A stretch of 64,000 nt of DNA from Dendrobates tinctorius (taxonomy: Eukaryota): NCBI RefSeq assembly GCF_039654945.1, contig NW_027361677.1:20026001-20090000 (forward strand), written 5' to 3'. The notes beneath the pieces were generated by a model, which did no database searches, was not told the DNA's origin, and saw only the letters and a list, made by a program, of their open reading frames with translations. A program made the translations under genes and the position numbers. Of this stretch, positions 53,801 through 64,000 are shown in pieces. The stretch's first letter is position 1. Each line of letters starts with the position of its first letter.

Positions 53801-56800
53801 TAATACAGGATGTAGCTCAGGATCAGTAATGTAATGTATGTACACAGTGACTGCACCAGCAGAATAGTGAGTGCAGCACTGGGGTATAATACAGGATGTA
53901 GCTCAGGATCAGTAATGTAATGTATGTACACAGTGACTGCACCAGCAGAATAGTGAGTGCAGCTCTGGGGTATAATACAGGATGTAACTCAGGATCAGTA
54001 ATGTAATGTATGTACACAGTGACTGCACCAGCAGAATAGTGAGTGCAGCTCTGGGGTATAATACAGGATGTAACTCAGGATCAGTAATGTAATGTATGTG
54101 CACAGTGACTGCACCAGCAGAATAGTGAGTGCAGCTCTGGGGTATAATACAGGATGTAACTCAGGATCAGTAATGTAATGTATGTACACAGTGACTGCAC
54201 CAGCAGAATAGTGAGTGCAGCTCTGGGGTATAATACAGGATGTAACTCAGGATCAGTAATGTAATGTATGTGCACAGTGACTGCACCAGCAGAATAGTGA
54301 GTGCAGCTCTGGGGTATAATACAGGATGTAACTCAGGATCAGTAATGTAATGTATGTACACAGTGACTGCACCAGCAGAATAGTGAGTGCAGCTCTGGGG
54401 TATAATACAGGATGTAACTCAGGATCAGTAATGTATGTACACAGTGACTGCACCAGCAGAACAGTGAGTGCAGCTCTGGGGTATAATACAGGATGTAACT
54501 CAGGATCAGTAATGTAATGTGTGTACACAGTGACTGCACCAGCAGAATAGTGAGTGCAGCTCTGGAGTATAATACAGGATGTAACTCAGGATCAGTAATG
54601 TAATGTATGTACACAGTGACTGCACCAGCAGAATAGTGAGTGCAGCTCTGGGGTATAATACAGGATGTAACTCAGGATCAGTAATGTATGTACACAGTGA
54701 CTGCACCAGCAGAACAGTGAGTGCAGCTCTGGGGTATAATACAGGATGTAACTCAGGATCAGTAATGTAATGTATGTACACAGTGACTGCACCAGCAGAA
54801 TAGTGAGTGCAGCTCTGGAGTATAATACAGGATGTAACTCAGGATCAGTAATGTAATGTATGTACACAGTGACTGCACCAGCAGAATAGTGAGTGCAGCT
54901 CTGGGGTATAATACAGGATGTAACTCAGGATCAGTAATGTATGTACACAGTGACTGCACCAGCAGAATAGTGAGTGCAGCTCTGGGGTATAATACAGGAT
55001 GTAACTCAGGATCAGTAATGTATGTACACAGTGACTGCACCAGCAGAACAGTGAGTGCAGCTCTGGAGTATAATACAGGATGTAACTCAGGATCAGTAAT
55101 GTATGTACACAGTGACTGCACCAGCAGAATAGTGAGTGCAGCTCTGGGGTATAATACAGGATGTAACTCAGGATCAGTAATGTAATGTATGTACACAGTG
55201 ACTGCACCAGCAGAATAGTGAGTGCAGCTCTGGAGTATAATACAGGAGGTAACTCAAGATCAGTAATGTAATGTATGTACACAGTGACTGCACCAGCAGA
55301 ATAGTGAGTGCAGCTCTGGGGTATAATACAGGATGTAACTCAGGATCAGTAATGTAATGTATGTGCACAGTGACTGCACCAGCAGAATAGTGAGTGCAGC
55401 TCTGGAGTATAATACAGGATGTAACTCAGGATCAGTAATGTAATGTATGTACACAGTGACTGCAGCAGCAGAATAGTGAGTGCAGCTCTGGGGTATAATA
55501 CAGGATGTAACTCAGGATCAGTAATGTAATGTATGTACACAGTGACTGCTCCAGCAGAATAGTGAGTGCAGCTCTGGAGTATAATATAGGATGTAACTCA
55601 GGATCAGTAATGTATGTACACAGTGACTGCACCAGCAGAATAGTGAGTGCAGCTCTGGAGTATAATACAGGATCTAACTCAGGATCAGTAATGTAATGTA
55701 TGTACACAGTGACTGCACCAGCAGAATAGTGAGTGCAGCTCTGGAGTATAATATAGGATGTAACTCAGGATCAGTAATGTATGTACACAGTGACTGCACC
55801 AGCAGAATAGGGAGTGCAGCTCTGGTGTATAATACAGGGTGTAACTCAGGATCAGTAATGTAATGTATGTACACAGTGACTGCACCAGCAAAATAGTGAG
55901 TGCAGCTCTGGAGTATAATATAGGATGTAACTCAGGATCAGTAATGTATGTACACAGTGACTGCACCAGCAGAATAGTGAGTGCAGCTCTGGAGTATAAT
56001 ACAGGATGTAACTCAGGATCAGTAATGTAATGTATGTACACAGTGACTGCACCAGCAGAATAGTGAGTGCAGCTCTGGAGTATAATACAGGATGTAACTC
56101 AGGATCAGTAATGTATGTACACAGTGACTGCACCAGCAGAATAGTGAGTGCAGCTCTGGGGTATAATACAGGATGTAACTCAGGATCAGTAATGTATGTA
56201 CACAGTGACTGCACCAGCAGAATAGTGAGTGCAGCTCTGGAGTATAATACAGGATGTAACTCAGGATCAGTAATGTAATGTATGTACACAGTGACTGCAC
56301 CAGCAGAATAGTGAGTGCAGCTCTGGAGTATAATACAGGATGTAACTCAGGATCAGTAATGTATGTACACAGTGACTGCACCAGCAGAATAGTGAGTGCA
56401 GCTCTGGAGTATAATACAGGATGTAACTCAGGATCAGTAATGTAATGTATGTACACAGTGACTGCACCAGCAGAATAGTGAGTGCAGCTCTGGGGTATAA
56501 TACAGGAGGTAACTCAGGATCAGTAATGTAATGTATGTACACAGTGACTGCACCAGCAAAATAGTGAGTGCAGCTCTGGGGTATAATACAGGATGTAACT
56601 CAGGATCAGTAATGTAATGTATGTACACAGTGACTGCACCAGCAGAATAGTGAGTGCAGCTCTGGAGTATAATACAGGATGTAACTCAGGATCAGTAATG
56701 TAATGTATGTACACAGTGACTGCACCAGCAGAATAGTGAGTGCAGCTCTGGAGTATAATACAGGATGTAACTCAGGATCAGTAATGTATGTACACAGTGA

Positions 56801-59800
56801 CTGCACCAGCAGAATAGTGAGTGCAGCTCTGGAGTATAATACAGGATGTAACTCAGGATCAGTAATGTAATGTATGTACACAGTGACTGCACCAGCAGAA
56901 TAGTGAGTGCAGCTCTGGGGTATAATACAGGAGGTAACTCAGGATCAGTAATGTAATGTATGTACACAGTGACTGCACCAGCAGAATAGTGAGTGCAGCT
57001 CTGGAGTATAATACAGGAGGTAACTCAGGATCAGTAATGTAATGTATGTAAACAGTGACTGCACCAGCAAAATAGTGAGTGCAGCTCTGGGGTATAATAC
57101 AGGAGGTAACTCAGGATCAGTAATGTAATGTTTGTACACAGTGACTGCACCAGCAAAATAGTGAGTGCAGCTCTGGAGTATAATACAGGATGTAACTCAG
57201 GATCAGTAATGTATGTACACAGTGACTGCACCAGCAGAATAGTGAGTGCAGCTCTGGGGTATAATACAGGAGGTAACTCAGGATCAGTAATGTAATGTAT
57301 GTAAACAGTGACTGCACCAGCAGAATAGTGAGTGCAGCTCTGGGGTATAATACAGGAGGTAACTCAGGATCAGTAATGTAATGTATGTACACAGTGACTC
57401 CACCAGCAGAATAGTGAGTGCAGCTCTGGGGTATAATACAGGAGGTAACTCAGGATCAGTAATGTAATGTATGTAAACAGTGACTGCACCAGCAGAATAG
57501 TGAGTGCAGCTCTGGAGTATAATACAGGAGGTAACTCAGGATCAGTAATGTAATGTATGTAAACAGTGACTGCACCAGCAGAATAGTGAGTGCAGCTCTG
57601 GGGTATAATACAGGAGGTAACTCAGGATCAGTAATGTAATGTATGTACACAGTGACTCCACCAGCAGAATAGTGAGTGCAGCTCTGGGGTATAATACAGG
57701 AGGTAACTCAGGATCAGTAATGTAATGTGTGTACACAGTGACTCCACCAGCAGAATAGTGAGTGCAGCTCTGGAGTATAATACAGGAGGTAACTCAGGAT
57801 CAGTAATGTAATGTATGTACACAGTGACTGCACCAGCAGAATAGTGAGTGCAGCTCTGGGGTATAATACAGGATGTAACTCAGGATCAGTAATGTAATGT
57901 GTGTACACAGTGACTCCACCAGCAGAATAGTGAGTGCAGCTCTGGGGTATAATACAGGAGGTAACTCAGGATCAGTAATGTAATGTGTGTACACAGTGAC
58001 TGCACCAGCAGAATAGTGAGTGCAGCTCTGGAGTATAATACAGGCTATAACTCAGGATCTGTAATGTATGTACACAGTGACTGCACCAGCAGAATAGTGA
58101 GTGCAGCTCTGGGGTATAATACAGGATATAACACAGGATCAGTAATGTAATGTATGTACACAGTGACTGCACCAGCAGAATAGTGAGTGCAGCTCTGGGG
58201 TATAATACAGGATATAACACAGGATCAGTAATGTAATGTATGTACACAGTGACTGCACCAGCAGAATAGTGAGCGCAGCTCTGGGGTATAATACAGGATG
58301 TAACTCAGGATCAGTAATGTAATGTGTGTACACAGTGACTGCACCAGCAGAATAGTGAGTGCAGCTCTGGGGTATAATACAGGAGGTGACTCAGGATCAG
58401 TAATGTAATGTGTGTACACAGTGACTCCACCAGCAGAATAGTGAGTGCAGCTCTGGAGTATAATACAGGAGGTAACTCAGGATCAGTAATGTAATGTATG
58501 TACACAGTGATTGCACCAGCAGAATAGTGAGTGCAGCTCTGGGGTATAATACAGGATGTAACTCAGGATCAGTAATGTAATGTGTGTACACAGTGACTGC
58601 ACCAGCAGAATAGTGAGTGCGGCTCTGGAGTATAATACAGGATGTAACTCAGGATCAGTAATGTAATGTGTGTACACAGTGACTGTACCAGCAGAATAGT
58701 GAGTGCAGCTCTGGGGTATAATACAGGAGGTAACTCAGGATCAGTAATGTATGTACACAGTGACTGCACCAGCAGAATAGTGAGTGCAGCTCTGGAGTAT
58801 AATACAGGAGGTAACTCAGGATCAGTAATGTATGTACACAGTGACTGCACCAGCAGAATAGTGAGTGCAGCTCTGGGGTATAATACAGGAGGTAACTCAG
58901 GATCAGTAATGTATGTACACAGTGACTGCACCAGCAGAATAGTGAGTGCAGCTCTGGAGTATAATACAGGAGGTAACTCAGGATCAGTAATGTATGTACA
59001 CAGTGACTGCACCAGCAGAATAGTGAGTGCAGCTCTGGGGTATAATACAGGAGGTAACTCAGGATCAGTAATGTATGTACACAGTGACTGCACCAGCAGA
59101 ATAGTGAGTGCAGCTCTGGAGTATAATACAGGAGGTAACTCAGGATCAGTAATGTATGTACACAGTGGCTGCACCAGCAGAATAGTGAGTGCAGCTCTGG
59201 GGTATAATACAGGAGGTAACTCAGGATCAGTAATGTAATGTATGTACACAGTGACTGCACCAGCAGAATAGTGAGTGCAGCTCTGGAGTATAATACAGGA
59301 GGTAACTCAGGATCAGTAATGTAATGTGTGTACACAGTGACTCCACCAGCAGAATAGTGAGTGCAGCTCTGGGGTATAATACAGGAGGTAACTCAGGATC
59401 AGTAATGTAATGTGTGTACACAGTGACTCCACCAGCAGAATAGTGAGTGCAGCTCTGGGGTATAATACAGGAGGTAACTCAGGATCAGTAATGTAATGTA
59501 TGTACACAGTGACTGCACCAGCAGAATAGTGAGTGCAGCTCTGGGGTATAATACAGGATGTAACTCAGGATCAGTAATGTAATGTGTGTACACAGTGACT
59601 CCACCAGCAGAATAGTGAGTGCAGCTCTGGGGTATAATACAGGATGTAACTCAGGATCAGTAATGTAATGTATGTACACAGTGACTGCACCAGCAGAATA
59701 GTGAGTGCAGCTCTGGGGTATAATACAGGATGTAACTCAGGATCAGTAATGTAATGTGTGTACACAGTGACTCCACCAGCAGAATAGTGAGTGCAGCTCT

Positions 59801-62800
59801 GGGGTATAATACAGGAGGTAACTCAGGATCAGTAATGTAATGTATGTACACAGTGACTGCACCAGCAGAATATTGTGTGCAGCTCTGGAGTATAATACAG
59901 GAGGTAACTCAGGATCAGTAATGTAATGTATGTACACAGTGACTGCACCAGCAGAATAGTGAGTGCAGCTCTGGGGTATAATACAGGATGTAACTCAGGA
60001 TCAGTAATGTAATGTATGTACACAGTGACTCCACCAGCAGAATAGTGAGTGCAGCTCTGGGGTATAATACAGGATGTAACTCAGGATCAGTAATGTAATG
60101 TACACAGTGACTGCACCAGCAGAATAGTGAGTGCAGCTCTGGAGTATAATACAGGATGTAACTCAGGATCAGTAATGTAATGTAATGTACACAGTGACTG
60201 CACCAGCAGAATAGTGAGTGCAGCTCTGGAGTATAATACAGGATGTAACTCCGGATCAGTAATGTAATGTATGTACACAGTGACTGCACCAGCAGAATAG
60301 TGAGTGCAGCTCTGGAGTATAATACAGGAGGTAACTCAGGATCAGTAATGTAATGTGTGTACACAGTGACTCCACCAGCAGAATAGTGAGTGCAGCTCTG
60401 GGGTATAATACAGGAGGTAACTCAGGATCAGTAATGTAATGTGTGTACACAGTGACTCCACCAGCAGAATAGTGAGTGCAGCTCTGGGGTATAATACAGG
60501 AGGTAACTCAGGATCAGTAATGTAATGTATGTACACAGTGACTGCACCAGCAGAATAGTGAGTGCAGCTCTGGGGTATAATACAGGATGTAACTCAGGAT
60601 CAGTAATGTAATGTGTGTACACAGTGACTCCACCAGCAGAATAGTGAGTGCAGCTCTGGGGTATAATACAGGATGTAACTCAGGATCAGTAATGTAATGT
60701 ATGTACACAGTGACTGCACCAGCAGAATAGTGAGTGCAGCTCTGGGGTATAATACAGGATGTAACTCAGGATCAGTAATGTAATGTGTGTACACAGTGAC
60801 TCCACCAGCAGAATAGTGAGTGCAGCTCTGGGGTATAATACAGGAGGTAACTCAGGATCAGTAATGTAATGTATGTACACAGTGACTGCACCAGCAGAAT
60901 ATTGTGTGCAGCTCTGGAGTATAATACAGGAGGTAACTCAGGATCAGTAATGTAATGTATGTACACAGTGACTGCACCAGCAGAATAGTGAGTGCAGCTC
61001 TGGGGTATAATACAGGATGTAACTCAGGATCAGTAATGTAATGTATGTACACAGTGACTCCACCAGCAGAATAGTGAGTGCAGCTCTGGGGTGTAATACA
61101 GGATGTAACTCAGGATCAGTAATGTAATGTACACAGTGACTGCACCAGCAGAATAGTGAGTGCAGCTCTGGAGTATAATACAGGATGTAACTCAGGATCA
61201 GTAATGTAATGTAATGTACACAGTGACTGCACCAGCAGAATAGTGAGTGCAGCTCTGGAGTATAATACAGGATGTAACTCAGGATCAGTAATGTAATGTA
61301 TGTACACAGTGACTGCACCAGCAGAATAGTGAGTGCAGCTCTGGAGTATAATACAGGATGTAACTCAGGATCAGTAATGTAATGTATGTACACAGTGACT
61401 GCACCAGCAGAATAGTGAGTGCAGCTCTGGGGTATAATACAGGATGTAACTCAGGATCAGTAATGTAATGTATGTACACAGTGACTGCACCAGCAGAATA
61501 GTGAGTGCAGCTCTGGGGTATAATACAGGATGTAACTCAGGATCAGTAATGTAATGTATGTACACAGTGACTGCACCAGCAGAATAGTGAGTGCAGCTCT
61601 GGGGTATAATACAGGATGTAACTCAGGATCAGTAATGTAATGTATGTACACAGTGACTGCACCAGCAGAATAGTGAGTGCAGCTCTGGGGTATAATACAG
61701 GATGTAACTCAGGATCAGTAATGTAATGTATGTACAGTGACTGCACCAGCAGAACAGTGAGTGCAGCTCTGGGGTATAATACAGGATGTAACTCAGGATC
61801 AGTAATGTAATGTGTGTACACAGTGACTCCACCAGCAGAATAGTGAGTGCAGCTCTGGGGTATAATACAGGAGGTAACTCAGGATCAGTAATGTAATGTA
61901 TGTACACAGTGACTGCACCAGCAGAATAGTGAGTGCAGCTCTGGGGTATAATACAGGATGTAACTCAGGATCAGTAATGTAATGTGTGTACACAGTGACT
62001 CCACCAGCAGAATAGTGAGTGCAGCTCTGGGGTATAATACAGGAGGTAACTCAGGATCAGTAATGTACTGTATGTACACAGTGACTGCACCAGCAGAATA
62101 GTGAGTGCAGCTCTGGGGTATAATACAGGATGTAACTCAGGATCAGTAATGTAATGTATGTACACAGTGACTGCACCAGCAGAATAGTGAGTGCAGCTCT
62201 GGGGTATAATACAGGATGTAACTCAGGATCAGTAATGTAATGTGTGTACACAGTGACTCCACCAGCAGAATAGTGAGTGCAGCTCTGGGGTATAATACAG
62301 GAGGTAACTCAGGATCAGTAATGTAATGTATGTACACAGTGACTGCACCAGCAGAATAGTGTGTGCAGCTCTGGAGTATAATACAGGAGGTAACTCAGGA
62401 TCAGTAATGTAATGTATGTACACAGTGACTGCACCAGCAGAATAGTGAGTGCAGCTCTGGGGTATAATACAGGATGTAACTCCGGATCAGTAATGTATGT
62501 ACACAGTGACTGCACCAGCAGAATAGTGAGTGCAGCTCTGGAGTATAATACAGGATGTAACTCAGGATCAGTAATGTAATGTACACAGTGACTGCACCAG
62601 CAGAATAGTGAGTGCAGCTCTGGAGTATAATACAGGATGTAACTCAGGATCAGTAATGTAATGTATGTACACAGTGACTGCACCAGCAGAATAGTGAGTG
62701 CAGCTCTGGAGTATAATACAGGATGTAACTCCGGATCAGTAATGTATGTACACAGTGACTGCACCAGCAGAATAGTGAGTGCAGCTCTGGAGTATAATAC

Positions 62801-64000
62801 AGGATGTAACTCAGGATCAGTAATGTAATGTATGTACACAGTGACTGCACCAGCAGAATAGTGAGTGCAGCTCTGGGGTATAATACAGGATGTAACTCAG
62901 GATCAGTAATGTAATGTATGTATACAGTGACTGCACCAGCAGAATAGTGAGTGCAGCTCTGGGGTATAATACAGGATGCAACTCAGGATCAGTAATGTAT
63001 GTACACAGTGACTGCACCAGCAGAATAGTGAGTGCAGCTCTGGGGTATAATACAGGATGTAACTCAGGATCAGTAATGTATGTACACAGTGACTGCACCA
63101 GCAGAATAGTGAGTGCAGCTCTGGAGTATAATACAGGATGTAACTCAGGATCAGTAATGTAATGTATGTACACAGTGACTGCACCAGCAGAATAGTGAGT
63201 GCAGCTCTGGGGTATAATACAGGATGCAACTCAGGATCAGTAATGTATGTACACAGTGACTGTACCAGCAGAATAGTGAGTCCAGCTCTGGAGTATAATA
63301 CAGGATGTAACTCAGGATCAGTAATGTAATGTATGTACACAGTGACTGCACCAGCAGAATAGTGAGTGCAGCTCTGGGGTATAATACAGGATGCAACTCA
63401 GGATCAGTAATGTATGTACACAGTGACTGTACCAGCAGATTAGTGAGTGCAGCTCAGGAGTATAATACAGGATGTAACTCAGGATCAGTAATGTAATGTA
63501 TGTACACAGTGACTGCACCAGCAGAATAGTGAGTGCAGCTCTGGGGTATAATACAGGATGTAACTCAGGATCAGTAATGTAATGTATGTACACAGTGACT
63601 GCACCAGCAGAATAGTGAGTGCAGCTCTGGAGTATAATACAGGATGTAACTCAGGATCAGTAATGTAATGTATGTACACAGTTACTGCACCAGCAGAATA
63701 GTGAGTGCAGCTCTGGAGTATAATACAGGATGTAACTCAGGATCAGTAATGTAATGTATGTACACAGTGACTGCACCAGCAGAATAGTGAGCGCAGCTCT
63801 GGAGTATAATACAGGATGTAACTCAGGATCAGTAATGTAATGTATGTACACAGTGATTGTACCAGCAGAATAGTGAGTGCAGCTCTGGGGTATAATACAG
63901 GAGGTAACTCAGGATCAGTAATGTATGTACACAGTGACTGCACCAGCAGAATAGTGAGTGCAGCTCTGGGGTATAATACAGGATGTAACTCAGGATCAGT
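47896..64000 (+). repeat. 86/81-bp satellite array 3 (>16 kb, ~190 units, runs off the window)
   Basis: Same unit as array 1, highly homogeneous, with internal higher-order duplications. Confidence 0.98.

Noticed and set aside
47786-63943. Dozens of MYIHYITDPELHPVLY... ORFs (also at 5497-6503 and 25520-27679)
   Set aside because: By-products of the 86/81-bp satellite; frames shift with unit length.
47896-64000. CRISPR-like regular repeat
   Set aside because: Head-to-tail units with no unique spacers, no cas genes, and a vertebrate context.

Overview
This is eukaryotic (vertebrate) genomic DNA, most likely from a frog; that guess rests on the repeat content and is not proven. It carries the conserved CDK10(+) - SPATA2L(-) - VPS9D1(-) - ZNF276(+) block, syntenic with human 16q24.3. 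Between SPATA2L and VPS9D1 sits an extra, intact 6-exon gene (243 aa) for a short-chain-dehydrogenase (SDR)-fold protein lacking the catalytic YxxxK motif. About half of the window is repetitive: an 86/81-bp satellite (three arrays, one >16 kb inside ZNF276 intron 1), a ~14-kb G/A-rich minisatellite hosting a young full-length chromodomain Gypsy element (Tf1/sushi type, self-priming PBS) and a solo LTR, a defective DD37E Tc1-like transposon nested in another DNA transposon, a Penelope-like insertion with two hammerhead-ribozyme motifs, and several MITEs and minisatellites. Other notable points are tandem Cys/His zinc-module repeats in SPATA2L, a U12-type intron in VPS9D1 and a 23-bp micro-inversion between the twin LTRs. 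Gene models were spliced by hand from GT-AG sites and reading phase. Gene names come from recalled protein similarity and synteny, not from a database search.
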